A stretch of DNA of 64,000 nt from Mycoplasmatota bacterium (GCA_022771205.1 JALFCF010000003.1:269-64268); one strand, 5' to 3'; shown: positions 1 through 9,843, counted from the stretch's first letter. Notes: generated by a model not told the origin, from the letters alone. Numbers and translations: made by a program.

Positions 1-542
1 ATATAGCAGTTAATTCATATCCAGGTGTCGATAAAGATCATTCGGATGTAAAGAACTTATCTGATATGGCTGCTATTTTACAAGAGAATATTAAGACAAT
101 AAATGAATTAAAAGAAAAGATGATAAAAACTGCAAAAGAGTCACCTTACTTCGATATAATTAATTCTTTTTACGGGATAGGAGAAGTATTAACAACCGAA
201 TTATTAGGTGAATTAGGTGATATAACAAGATTTGATAATCATAGACAATTAATTGCTTTCTGTGGTTTAGATCCAACAATAATTCAATCTGGGAAAAGTA
301 TAAACGTGCATGGAACTATTTCTAAACGTGGAAATAAATATGCAAGATGGATATTATTTAATATTAGTCAAATAGTAGTTAAGTTAGGGCATCAATGTCC
401 TGGACACCCCGTATATGATTATTATTTAACAAAAAAAGCAGAAGGTAAACATTATTATGAAAACCTAACTGCTTGCTCTACAAAAATATTAAGAATGTTA
501 TATACAATGTGCAAAAATAATACAACATTCAAAATAAATTAA
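1..542 (+). CDS. IS110-family transposase, C-terminal portion (5' end lies upstream of the window)
   Basis: Reading frame is open from nt 3. Residues ...DITRFDNHRQLIAFCGLDPTIIQSGKS...ISKRGNKYARWILF match the IS110/IS1111 transposase C-terminal (Transposase_20-type) domain. Stop at 540-542. Confidence 0.8.
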   Translation, partial: IAVNSYPGVDKDHSDVKNLSDMAAILQENIKTINELKEKMIKTAKESPYFDIINSFYGIGEVLTTELLGELGDITRFDNHRQLIAFCGLDPTIIQSGKSINVHGTISKRGNKYARWILFNISQIVVKLGHQCPGHPVYDYYLTKKAEGKHYYENLTACSTKILRMLYTMCKNNTTFKIN

Positions 543-738
543 CAAATTAATTTTAACATATATATAATTACATTACACGAAAAAAATTAAAAAAACGCAT
601 ATTTTCGTGTTTTTAGTCGTGGTATAATATTAATATAAATTTAGTGTTGACAAAACTTAGATAGTCAATTTGTATGAGGGACTATTTTAAATAGTTCTTT
701 TTTGTTTGGAGGAATGATAATGATAAGGAGAATTATTA

Positions 739-1452
739 TTGCATAAACTAGATATTAATCAGGTTTATAATGGTGATTCAAATTTAATGATTAAATCAAT
801 AGAAAGTGAATCAGTTGATTTAGTTATTATTGATCCACCATACAAGATAAGAAAGAAAACTGATGAAATAAATAGTTTAGCAAAAGCAGTAAAAAAATAT
901 AATGAAGAATTACAAAGAGATAATTTAATAAATGAATATGATAAATCTATTTTAGAAGAACTTGTAAGAGTGATGAAAAGAATTAATATCTATATATGGT
1001 GTAATGGAGAACAAATACCATCGTATATAGATTTTTTTGTAAATAAGTATAAATGTAAGATGGATATATTAGTTTGGAATAAAACAAATGCTATGCCTTT
1101 ATTTAATAACAAATATATGACAGATAAAGAATATTGTCTTTATTTTAGAAAAGGTGGATATTGTAATCCACAATGTTATGAAGATGCTAAAACTGTATTC
1201 TATTTACCAATAAATTCAAAAGATAAAAAGAAATGGATTCATCCAACAATAAAACCTTTATCAATTATTAGAACTTTAATTAGAAATAGTTCTAAAGAAG
1301 GCGATTTAGTTTTAGATTGTTTTTTAGGTAGTGGAACAACAGCAGTAGCATCTATATTAGAAAAAAGAAACTATATAGGAATTGAATTAAATAAAAAATA
1401 TTATGATATTTCAATTCAAAGAATTAATGAAATTAAGGAGTGTGATAAATAA
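739..1452 (+). CDS. DNA methyltransferase, N6-adenine/N4-cytosine beta-class (motif IV DPPY before motif I)
   Basis: TTG start with AAGGAG 8 nt upstream. VIIDPPY (motif IV) near the N-terminus and LDCFLGSGTTAVAS (motif I, SAM binding) near the C-terminus. No adjacent restriction endonuclease gene. Confidence 0.75.
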   Translation: MHKLDINQVYNGDSNLMIKSIESESVDLVIIDPPYKIRKKTDEINSLAKAVKKYNEELQRDNLINEYDKSILEELVRVMKRINIYIWCNGEQIPSYIDFFVNKYKCKMDILVWNKTNAMPLFNNKYMTDKEYCLYFRKGGYCNPQCYEDAKTVFYLPINSKDKKKWIHPTIKPLSIIRTLIRNSSKEGDLVLDCFLGSGTTAVASILEKRNYIGIELNKKYYDISIQRINEIKECDK

Positions 1453-1928
1453 TGTATATAAGTAATGAAGAATTAGAAAAAATAAAAGAGTATGTAGATA
1501 ATCTTTATTGGGATCAAGATAGAATGAGTAGAGATGGGAGATACTTTTTAAATAAATTAGATAATTATATTAAAAAACTAGAAAAGGAAAAAGAAAATAA
1601 TATTTATGTAATTACTAATAATGCTGTAGTTGATGATGAAATTGATTATTCAATTTATGGAGTTGCAACAGATATCAATGAAGCAAAGAAAATATTTAAT
1701 CAAGCTGTAAAAGATGCAAAAACTGATTCTGATTTTGATAACTTAAATGCTATAGAAGAAAATTCTCCTAATTTTAAAAATAATGATGGTGAATGGATTT
1801 ATAGTGAATCAGATGATAGTTTTGAATTATGGTGTAATGGAGAATATAATTCAAATAATTATTCTATTCAAATTAAGAAATATGAATTAGATAAAGAAAA
1901 GGAATTAAGTGATGAGTATGAATTATAA
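1452..1928 (+). CDS. hypothetical acidic protein (element cargo)
   Basis: Start overlaps the MTase stop (TAATG). 158 aa, D/E-rich, no recognisable motif. Confidence 0.4.
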   Translation: MYISNEELEKIKEYVDNLYWDQDRMSRDGRYFLNKLDNYIKKLEKEKENNIYVITNNAVVDDEIDYSIYGVATDINEAKKIFNQAVKDAKTDSDFDNLNAIEENSPNFKNNDGEWIYSESDDSFELWCNGEYNSNNYSIQIKKYELDKEKELSDEYEL

Positions 1929-1939
1929 TATGGAGGATA

Positions 1940-3970
1940 ATGAGTATTAACATTATTATACTTTTAGTTGTGCTAATAGTTTTTACAATTGGATTTATGT
2001 ATATAGAACCAATGATGGCTAAGCATAAAATAAAAAGTGATAATGAATACGGTAGTGCAAGATTTTCTAGTAAAAGTGAGATAGAAAAATATTTTGTTAA
2101 AGAAAGAATAGGACACATCAGAGAAGCTGGTGTGCCTATTTTATTTAGTAAAGATTTGAAATATATGTGGGTAGATAAAGAAACCCCACACTATGTATAT
2201 TTAGGCTCTACTGGATCTGGTAAATCAGTAACAGCAGTTATTCCATTTTGTTCTTTTATAGCAACAGCAAAAAATAAAAGAAGTGTATTTATAACAGATC
2301 CTAAAGGAGAAATTTATAATACAACTTCATCAATGTTTAAGAAAAATGGATATAATGTTTTAACTATAGATTTTAGACATCCAGAATTATCAAATAAATT
2401 TAATGTATTAGAACCTATTATTAAAGAATATGAAAAGTATATTGAATACGAAAAGAAAACAAAAAAAGAAACAGATAAAAATAAAAAGTTAGAATATAAT
2501 AATTTATCTATGTCAGCACTAGCTGAAACAAATAGATTAATAACATCATTATCAACTATGATTATGGTTGAAAAAGTTCAAGGAAAAGATCCATTTTGGA
2601 ATAATAGTGCTAAAAATTTATTAGAGGGATTAATTGGATTCTTTTTAGAAGAATATAAATCAGGAAATATTAGACGAGATCAAATAACTATGACTAGTAT
2701 TAGAAAGTTCCAAAATAGTTCTATGGAAGAAAAGAATTTAAAGAACTTTAAAAAGTATATTGAACAAAAAGAATATGGTAGTAAATCAAAAGATTCTTTA
2801 ACTTCAATATTAAGTGCATCTGATAATACATTTAAATCAATAACAGCTGTATTTGGTGAGAAAATGGCTTTATTTGATGATATCAATGTAGCAAATGTAA
2901 CGAGTAGTAATAGTTTTGATTTTGATATATTAGGTAAAGAACCAACAGCTTTATATGTAATAGTTCCAGATGAAGATAAAACATATTATACTTTAGTAAC
3001 TATCATCGTAGGTCTTTTATATAGAGAATTAGTAAAACTTGCTAATTCAAGACAAGAGAAAAAATTGAAATATCAAATAGATTGGATATTAGATGAATTT
3101 GCTAACTGTCCACCACTTGCAGATATAGAAGCAATTGTATCAGTAGCAAGAAGCAGGGGTATGAGATTCCACTTCTTTATTCAATCATTTTCTCAATTAG
3201 ATAATGTATATGGTAAAGAAGTATCTCAAATTATTTTAGATAACTGTGGTCTTGTTTATTTAAAAACAAATACACAAGAAACAGCAGAAGCAATTAGTAA
3301 AAGATTAGGAAAGACAACAATTGAATCTAATTCTATTAGTCAATCAATGAGTTTAAGAGATTATAATGGAAATAAATCAACTTCATTAATTGCAAGAGAT
3401 TTAATGACACCAGATGAAGTAAAACAACTTCATTATAAAACTATAATATTTCCTATAATAGGATATCCGATATTAAGAGATACAATTATTTATAAAAAGT
3501 TTTCATCATATAGTAGTGGTGAAGAAGTTAGAACTGTAAATCCTTTAATTGATTTAAGTAATACATATTTTACTGTAGAAGATATTAAAGTAAAAAGAAT
3601 AGATCCTAAATCAAGAAATTCATCAAAAGATTTAGAACCAGTTGAATTAGAAGAATATGATGAAATGCTTGATTATGATAAACAATGTTTAAAAGAAACC
3701 GAAGAAATAATTAATAAGATATTTGGTATTGAAAATATAAAATATGATTATATAAAAACAGACAGTAATAGAGTTTATTGTTCTATTACAGTAAATAAGA
3801 AAATACCACAATCTGATAAATCAAAAGTATTATCACAAATAAATAAAAATAAATTTCATGTAGAAATTCAAAATGATAAAGATACTAAAACAATAATTGA
3901 AATTCATAATAAAGAATTAGATATGAATCATTTATTAGAACTTAGTAGAGGAGAAACGAATAATGTCTAA
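1940..3970 (+). CDS. type IV secretion/conjugative coupling protein (VirD4/TraG family)
   Basis: N-terminal TM helix, YGSARFSS motif, Walker A GSTGSGKS and the TraG/VirD4-type DPKGE motif. GGAGGA RBS. Confidence 0.7.
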   Translation: MSINIIILLVVLIVFTIGFMYIEPMMAKHKIKSDNEYGSARFSSKSEIEKYFVKERIGHIREAGVPILFSKDLKYMWVDKETPHYVYLGSTGSGKSVTAVIPFCSFIATAKNKRSVFITDPKGEIYNTTSSMFKKNGYNVLTIDFRHPELSNKFNVLEPIIKEYEKYIEYEKKTKKETDKNKKLEYNNLSMSALAETNRLITSLSTMIMVEKVQGKDPFWNNSAKNLLEGLIGFFLEEYKSGNIRRDQITMTSIRKFQNSSMEEKNLKNFKKYIEQKEYGSKSKDSLTSILSASDNTFKSITAVFGEKMALFDDINVANVTSSNSFDFDILGKEPTALYVIVPDEDKTYYTLVTIIVGLLYRELVKLANSRQEKKLKYQIDWILDEFANCPPLADIEAIVSVARSRGMRFHFFIQSFSQLDNVYGKEVSQIILDNCGLVYLKTNTQETAEAISKRLGKTTIESNSISQSMSLRDYNGNKSTSLIARDLMTPDEVKQLHYKTIIFPIIGYPILRDTIIYKKFSSYSSGEEVRTVNPLIDLSNTYFTVEDIKVKRIDPKSRNSSKDLEPVELEEYDEMLDYDKQCLKETEEIINKIFGIENIKYDYIKTDSNRVYCSITVNKKIPQSDKSKVLSQINKNKFHVEIQNDKDTKTIIEIHNKELDMNHLLELSRGETNNV

Positions 3971-4035
3971 TAATAAGATGTTATTCATTTTTTCTAATAT
4001 ATCTTCATACAATTCATTGAAAATGGAGGTTCTAA

Positions 4036-4251
4036 ATGTATAATCCAGACAATGATATTGAAATTAGATATAGCACTAAACATTTACCTATAGAGTATAA
4101 ATTGTTAGAGTGGAGATTAATTATCAATAGAGAGTTATATGAAGATAAAGTTATAGATTTAGAAGTATTTAGTGAAATGGAGAAATCTATTTTAGGAAGA
4201 ATGACAAAAATTAGAAATGAATATAAAGATAAACAAATTGTAACAAGTTAG
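4036..4251 (+). CDS. hypothetical small protein
   Basis: 71-aa ORF between the T4CP and recombinase genes. No motif. Confidence 0.3.
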   Translation: MYNPDNDIEIRYSTKHLPIEYKLLEWRLIINRELYEDKVIDLEVFSEMEKSILGRMTKIRNEYKDKQIVTS

Positions 4252-4335
4252 TTTAGATGATTTGACAAGGACAAACAAGAGAGGTAACATGGCATCGTAA
4301 ACTTTGGGAGGAGTTTCAGGAACACAGGAAAGGAA

Positions 4336-6180
4336 GTGGGAATAATGGATATAAAAAAAGCAAGAGAAGATTTAAGAAAAGGAAAAACAATATATGATAT
4401 GCCACTAAAAGTAGTATATTATGCTCGTGTTTCTACAGATAAAGATGATCAATTAAATTCATTAGAGAATCAACAAAATTATTTTGAAGAAATGATTGCA
4501 GAAAATAAGAATTGGAAATTTGTAAGAGGTTATATTGATGAAGGTATAAGTGGAACAGCTGTTAAAAATAGAACTCAATTCTTAAATATGATTGAAGCAG
4601 CTAGTTTAGGAAAAATAGATTTAATATTAACAAAAGAAATATCAAGATTTTCAAGAAATACAGTAGATTCAATTAAATATACAGAATATTTATTAAAACA
4701 AGGAACTATTGTATATTTCTTATCGGATAACTTAAATACTATTCAAGAAGATGCAGAATTTAGATTAACAATAATGTCTAGTTTAGCTCAAGATGAAGTT
4801 AGAAAATTATCAGAAAGAGTTAAATTTGGAATAAATAGAATGATAAAGGAAAGAAAATTAATAGGTGGAAACTTAACAGGGTATTATAAGAAAGACGGAA
4901 TGTATCAAATAAACGAAAAAGAAGCACCTATGATTAGATATTTATTTGAAACTTATGCATCTGGAAAAGTAGGACTTAAAAAGATTGGTGAAGAACTTGC
5001 TGAAATGGGATATTTAAATAGAAAAGGTGAACCTTATTCTCAAACTTCTATGGCTAAGTTCTTAACTAATCCTAGATATAAAGGATTTTATACAGCTAGA
5101 CTTACCGAAGTAGAAGATTATAAAACTCATAAAAAAGTTAATGTAGATAAGTCTAGACAAATAATTGAAAAAGATGAAAGAATACCTGCAATTGTATCAG
5201 AAGAATTATGGGATAAAGCAAATGCTTTACATGAGAAAAGAAAGAAATTGCCATCAAGACATATTTTAAATACTGAAGAAATGTTAGAACATTCTAAGTA
5301 TTCTTGTAAAATTAAATGTACTCATTGTGATCATATATATATCAGAAATGCTGGAAGTAATAGAGCAAATAATCCAACATGGTCTTGTAAAAATTATAAA
5401 GTAAATGGTGTAGATGCTTGTGCATCACCAATATTAAAAGAATCTTATTTAGATAAGATATTTATATCAATATTTGATGATTTTATAAATAATAAAAAAG
5501 ATTATTTAAATCAAGTTATTACTGAATATAAAAATATAGTTGAAAGTATTTCAAATAATAAAAGTTCAAAAGATTTAGAAAAAGAAATAGATTTAATAAA
5601 TAGACAAAAAGATAAATTATTAGATTTAAGTTTAAAAGGATTAATAAGTGATGTTGAATTCAAAAAGAGAAATGATGGATTCAATGAACAAATATTTAAA
5701 TTTGAAGAAGAAATAAAAAGGATAGATAATAAAGAAATAGAAATCAAAAAAATGAATGAAAAAATGAATGAGTTAAGCAAAGCTTTAACAAAGAAAGTAG
5801 ATATTAAGAATGAACTACCACATCTAATTAAATTATTAATTGATAGAATTGAAATAACTAAAGTAAATAATAATAGAAAACATGTAAGAATGGTAGTATA
5901 TTTCAACTTTAATACAGACATAATTGATAGAGAATTAGACTTATATGAAAAGAAAGAAAAACCTACTATAAAAGTAGATGTGAATTCATTACAAAGTGAT
6001 GAAATTTCTTTTAATCAAAAATGTTCCTGTATAGACCAGAATATTCGTTCTGGTCTATACGAGAACATAAATGTTGGTATTGGGAACATCAATGATATCA
6101 AGGAAAATGATGATTCAAAATGTTGCCGTATTCACCAGAACGAATCCAGGATTTGTAAAAATGGGCCAATTATTAGGTAA
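4336..6180 (+). CDS. large serine recombinase/integrase; 3' end of the ORF is read-through into host PBP DNA
   Basis: N-terminal resolvase catalytic domain (VVYYARVSTDKDDQLNSLENQ, ...EISRFSR...), recombinase domain, zinc-ribbon cysteines (CKIKCTHCDH...WSCKNYKVNGVDAC) and a coiled-coil segment. The native C-terminus probably lies near nt 5950-6030. The last ~50 codons come from junction/host sequence. Confidence 0.85.
   Translation: MGIMDIKKAREDLRKGKTIYDMPLKVVYYARVSTDKDDQLNSLENQQNYFEEMIAENKNWKFVRGYIDEGISGTAVKNRTQFLNMIEAASLGKIDLILTKEISRFSRNTVDSIKYTEYLLKQGTIVYFLSDNLNTIQEDAEFRLTIMSSLAQDEVRKLSERVKFGINRMIKERKLIGGNLTGYYKKDGMYQINEKEAPMIRYLFETYASGKVGLKKIGEELAEMGYLNRKGEPYSQTSMAKFLTNPRYKGFYTARLTEVEDYKTHKKVNVDKSRQIIEKDERIPAIVSEELWDKANALHEKRKKLPSRHILNTEEMLEHSKYSCKIKCTHCDHIYIRNAGSNRANNPTWSCKNYKVNGVDACASPILKESYLDKIFISIFDDFINNKKDYLNQVITEYKNIVESISNNKSSKDLEKEIDLINRQKDKLLDLSLKGLISDVEFKKRNDGFNEQIFKFEEEIKRIDNKEIEIKKMNEKMNELSKALTKKVDIKNELPHLIKLLIDRIEITKVNNNRKHVRMVVYFNFNTDIIDRELDLYEKKEKPTIKVDVNSLQSDEISFNQKCSCIDQNIRSGLYENINVGIGNINDIKENDDSKCCRIHQNESRICKNGPIIR
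6029..6060. repeat. perfect 13-6-13 bp palindrome gtatagaccagaa-tattcg-ttctggtctatac (candidate serine-recombinase att core)
   Basis: Read directly from the sequence. Sits at the element/host junction inside the recombinase read-through tail. Confidence 0.6.
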
Positions 6181-7003
6181 ACAAACGCTATTTAATTACA
6201 TTGATAAATTTGGTTTCGGTAATAAAACAGGAATAGATTTAAATGGAGAAGGAAAAGGTATTATTTTTGATCTAAATCAAGTCGGAAATGTAGAACTAGC
6301 TACTACAGCATTTGGTCAAGGAGTAAGTGTTACACCTATTCAACAAGTAGCAGCAGTCTCCGCAGTAGTAAATGGTGGAACATTATATGAGCCATATATC
6401 GTAAAAAGTATTTCAGAAAAGGAAACAGGAAATATTATAGACCAAACAAAAAAACAAAAAATAAGACAAGTAATTAGTAAAAAAACCTCAACAATTATGA
6501 GACATGCATTAGAAAGTGTAGTTGCTAAAGGTGGAGGAAAAAGTGCCTATATTGAAGGGTATAGAATTGGTGGAAAAACAGGAACAGCACAAAAAGTAAA
6601 GAATGGAGTCTATATGGTAGGAAATTATATTATGTCATTTATGGCTGTAGTTCCATCAAATAATCCAAAAGCAGTGTTATATTTAGCCATAGATAATCCT
6701 AAAAATACGGCTTTACTTTCTAGTTATACTACAACTCCGATAGCAAGACGTATTTTATTAGATATTATTGATGCCCTAAATATCCCTAAACAAGATGGAG
6801 AAATGAAAAAAGATTTAGAATGGACAGATATTCCAACACATAAAGTTCCCAATGTTGTTGATAAAACAGTAGAAGAGGCAAAAAAAGCACTAGGCAAATT
6901 TACTATAGAGTATTCAGGTACCGGAAAAAAAGTAGTCGCACAGTCTCCTAAAGCTAATGAACATTTAGAAGAAGGTGGAACTGTTAGGCTTCTATTAAAA
7001 TAA
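6071..7003 (+). pseudogene. 3' portion of a class B penicillin-binding protein gene (FtsI/SpoVD/PBP2B type with PASTA domain), truncated by the mobile element
   Basis: FGFGNKTGIDLNGE, the KTG box (GYRIGGKTGTAQ) and a C-terminal PASTA domain are present. The N-terminal dimerisation domain and the SxxK active-site region are absent. An in-frame stop sits immediately upstream of 6071. Confidence 0.65.
6127..6145. repeat. half-site-like imperfect copy of one palindrome arm (gtattcaccagaacgaat), 16 of 18 identical
   Basis: Matches the reverse complement of the 6029-6060 arm plus spacer (gtatagaccagaacgaat). Lies within the PBP remnant. Confidence 0.4.
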
Positions 7004-7072
7004 TTTTACACAAAGAAAAAAAGTAATTACTAGAAAAACTATAAAATAAGAAAAAATTATGATAAACTTAAA

Positions 7073-8782
7073 ATGGTGAAAGATATGAACGAGACAATCG
7101 GAGAAAAAGGTGGCAGAAGAGATAGAAAAAGAACTATCATTATAACCTCTGAAAATAAAAAGAAATTAAAAGAATATTATAAAAAAAAGAAGAAACTAAA
7201 ATTAGAAAAGTTAGAAAGAGAAGTAAAAAATCTCCAACTAGCTTCTTTTCTTGTGGCAGTTCCAATTTCTATTGCTGGAAATATATATGATGCAATGTTT
7301 CATGTTATAGATGAAACAAAAGAAGAAGAAAAAGAAAAAGGGTTACAAAAAGAATTACGAGATAAAGCCAAAGGATTACAAGTAGAAGAATTGCATCAAA
7401 CAGAAAAATTAGAATTAAGTGAAACATCTACTTACATAGAAGATTACCAAACAAATGATAGAAAATTTACAGACTATGGTTATCCAAAAACAATTGAAGG
7501 TAAGATGATAGTATCTTTAGCAGATAATAAAAAATTAAACAGTGTAAAGACAAATATCGAAATAACACTTCCACCGCAAATAGCCAAAACCCAAGTTTCT
7601 CTAACAGAAAACAATAAACTTGGAAAAAAAGAAGACATTTTGAATCAAACAAATCAAGAATCAAAAATAGAAGTATTGGAAGAAAAGCAAGATACAATAC
7701 CTATGCCGGCAGCAGGGATGTCTTTTATAGAAAATACAGTTTTTCAAAAAGCTCAAGATAAAACACTTGTCGTAAAATATGAAGAAAAGTTTAAGGATAT
7801 AAGAGAAGAATTAAAAGAATTAATATATGAGTACAATGTATTAGCCCAAGAAACTAATGACATATATACATCGAAAGAAGCAGAGAATATTTTACACCAG
7901 TTAAACATGGTTATAAAAAAATTAGAAGAGTTAAAAGGGAAAATTAAAGTAGAAGTTGCTGATTTAGAAAATGAGAATTATTTAATAGAATTAGTAGATG
8001 GGTATATAGAGAGCTTTAAAAATAAAAAGATAGTAGACGAAGTAAAAGATTCAGCTTTGTATATTATGCTTGCTGACAAGGTAGAAGAATTAACTACAAA
8101 AACAGGTAGTCTTAATACCAAATTAGAAGATAAAAAAGAAGAATTAGAATTAGATGAAGAAAAAATAGAAACACTAAAAGATGCTTATTATAATTATGAT
8201 AACTTCAATAACCAATTAATTTCTTTTCAATATGAGCAAGATTTTATGTTAAAAGAATTAGAACAGAGAGTACAGGAATCTACATCTATAACAGAACAAG
8301 TAGAATATAGAATACAATTAATGACAAAGCAAAGTAAAAGACTATTAAAAATGTTAGCACTTCCTATGATGATTCCAGGAGGCAGAAGTGCTAAAGCTAT
8401 GGCTACCGCAACAGCAGCTTATATGTATTTTATGAAAAACCTAATGAACCCTAGATTACAACAGAAAAAATATAGAATTATTTCGGTAACTGATTATAGC
8501 CGAGAAATAGAAAATAATATTTCTAAGGTAAGTGATGCCATCAATTTAATTGGAAAGACTTCTGATAAGTTAGAAGAAATGATTACAAAGTTGGAAAAAG
8601 ATTTCAAAGACTACATAGATGAAATACCTGAATGTAAAGAACTATTATCAAATTTAAATAAGCTATTATCAGAATTAAAACAAAAAGAAGAAGAATTAGT
8701 AAAAACAAAAAGTAAACAAGAAAATTTATTAGAAAAAAATAATCAAAAAGTAAAAACTTTAGAAAGAGTAGAAGAAGTGTAA
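7073..8782 (+). CDS. hypothetical K/E-rich coiled-coil protein with two hydrophobic segments
   Basis: 569 aa. TM-like segments LASFLVAVPISIAG (N-terminal) and LALPMMIPGG...AAYMYFM (C-terminal). Long heptad-like K/E stretches. Sits between the PBP remnant and mraY. Confidence 0.5.
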   Translation: MVKDMNETIGEKGGRRDRKRTIIITSENKKKLKEYYKKKKKLKLEKLEREVKNLQLASFLVAVPISIAGNIYDAMFHVIDETKEEEKEKGLQKELRDKAKGLQVEELHQTEKLELSETSTYIEDYQTNDRKFTDYGYPKTIEGKMIVSLADNKKLNSVKTNIEITLPPQIAKTQVSLTENNKLGKKEDILNQTNQESKIEVLEEKQDTIPMPAAGMSFIENTVFQKAQDKTLVVKYEEKFKDIREELKELIYEYNVLAQETNDIYTSKEAENILHQLNMVIKKLEELKGKIKVEVADLENENYLIELVDGYIESFKNKKIVDEVKDSALYIMLADKVEELTTKTGSLNTKLEDKKEELELDEEKIETLKDAYYNYDNFNNQLISFQYEQDFMLKELEQRVQESTSITEQVEYRIQLMTKQSKRLLKMLALPMMIPGGRSAKAMATATAAYMYFMKNLMNPRLQQKKYRIISVTDYSREIENNISKVSDAINLIGKTSDKLEEMITKLEKDFKDYIDEIPECKELLSNLNKLLSELKQKEEELVKTKSKQENLLEKNNQKVKTLERVEEV

Positions 8783-8853
8783 AATTTTGTCTAAACAGAT
8801 AAAAAATGCATAATAATTTGTGAAGTATGATATAATATCACAAGAGAAATGGA

Positions 8854-9843
8854 GTGAATAAAATGCTATTACTAACCAAAGCAATCTTTGCGATAATGAT
8901 TGGTTTTTTATCTTCAGCAGTATTAGGGTTAATATTAATACCAATACTAAAAAAATTAAAAATGGGTCAAAAAATTAGTGCTTTTGTTGGGGAAGCACAT
9001 AGAAAAAAAGAGGGTACGCCAACCATTGGAGGATTAATCTTTATTATTCCTACTATTGCTGCTACTATCTTCTTAATTTTAACTAACAAAATTCCATATA
9101 CTGCAAATTTAGGAATAGTTTTATTAGTATTTTTAGGATATGCCTGTATTGGTTTTTTGGATGATTTCTTATCGATTAGAAGAGCACAAAATGAAGGCTT
9201 AACTACTTATCAAAAGCTGATTATGCAGGTTTTAATTGCCATTGGATTTTTCTATATATATATGAGAAATGGTGGACAAACATCATGGGTAGTAGGAACA
9301 TTGCATATTGATTTAGAGATGGGATGGCTTTACGGTTTATTTATCCTCTTCGTTTTAGTAGGAGCAAGTAATGCTGTTAATTTGACGGATGGGTTAGATG
9401 GACTAGCAGGCGGTCTTTCAGCTATTGCCTATATTGCTTTTGCATTAATATCACTAACAGTTGGTTTTGAAGATATTGGAATCTTTAGTTTAATTTTAGT
9501 AGGAAGTTTAATGGGATATTTAATTTACAATACTCATCCAGCAAAAGTCATTATGGGAGATACTGGTTCATTGGCATTGGGTGCAACCATGGGTGCAATT
9601 GCAATCCTAACTCATCGAGAGTTAACTTTATTAGTTGTAGCCGGTATATTTGTAATAGAAACATTAAGTGTAATTATTCAAACTTTTTGGGTACAAGTAT
9701 TCCATCGAAAATTATTTTTAATGACACCAATTCACCATCATTTTGAAAAATTAGGTTGGGCTGAAACTGATATTGTAAAATTATTTTGGGTAGGTGGATT
9801 ACTACTAGCTATGGCTGGAATTATATTTGGTGTATGGTTGTAA
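8854..9843 (+). CDS. mraY: phospho-N-acetylmuramoyl-pentapeptide transferase
   Basis: DDFLSIRR, NAVNLTDGLDGLA, MGDTGSLALG and PIHHHFE motifs. GTG at 8854; alternative ATG at 8863 with a GGAGTG RBS. Confidence 0.95.
   Translation: MNKMLLLTKAIFAIMIGFLSSAVLGLILIPILKKLKMGQKISAFVGEAHRKKEGTPTIGGLIFIIPTIAATIFLILTNKIPYTANLGIVLLVFLGYACIGFLDDFLSIRRAQNEGLTTYQKLIMQVLIAIGFFYIYMRNGGQTSWVVGTLHIDLEMGWLYGLFILFVLVGASNAVNLTDGLDGLAGGLSAIAYIAFALISLTVGFEDIGIFSLILVGSLMGYLIYNTHPAKVIMGDTGSLALGATMGAIAILTHRELTLLVVAGIFVIETLSVIIQTFWVQVFHRKLFLMTPIHHHFEKLGWAETDIVKLFWVGGLLLAMAGIIFGVWL

Larger units (their letters stand above)
1..6060. mobile_element. Right-hand part of an integrated mobile element; left end lies outside the window
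   Basis: Gene set is IS110 transposase fragment, orphan MTase, VirD4-like coupling protein and large serine recombinase. The recombinase ORF runs into a truncated host PBP gene, and a palindromic putative att site lies at 6029-6060. Confidence 0.55.

Noticed and set aside
1873-2118. 81-aa minus-strand ORF, and similar antisense ORFs at 2680-2886, 5511-5921, 7467-7697, 21603-21875, 30719-30928 and 61183-61590
   Set aside because: They lie entirely inside well-supported genes on the opposite strand and have low-complexity I/L/F-rich translations typical of AT-rich antisense frames. No RBS support.
5950-6180. Last ~70 codons of the recombinase ORF read as genuine protein (Cys-rich CSCIDQ...CCRIHQ tail)
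   Set aside because: The sequence changes character at the palindrome and att-like site and overlaps the PBP remnant in another frame. It is most likely read-through across the element/host junction.
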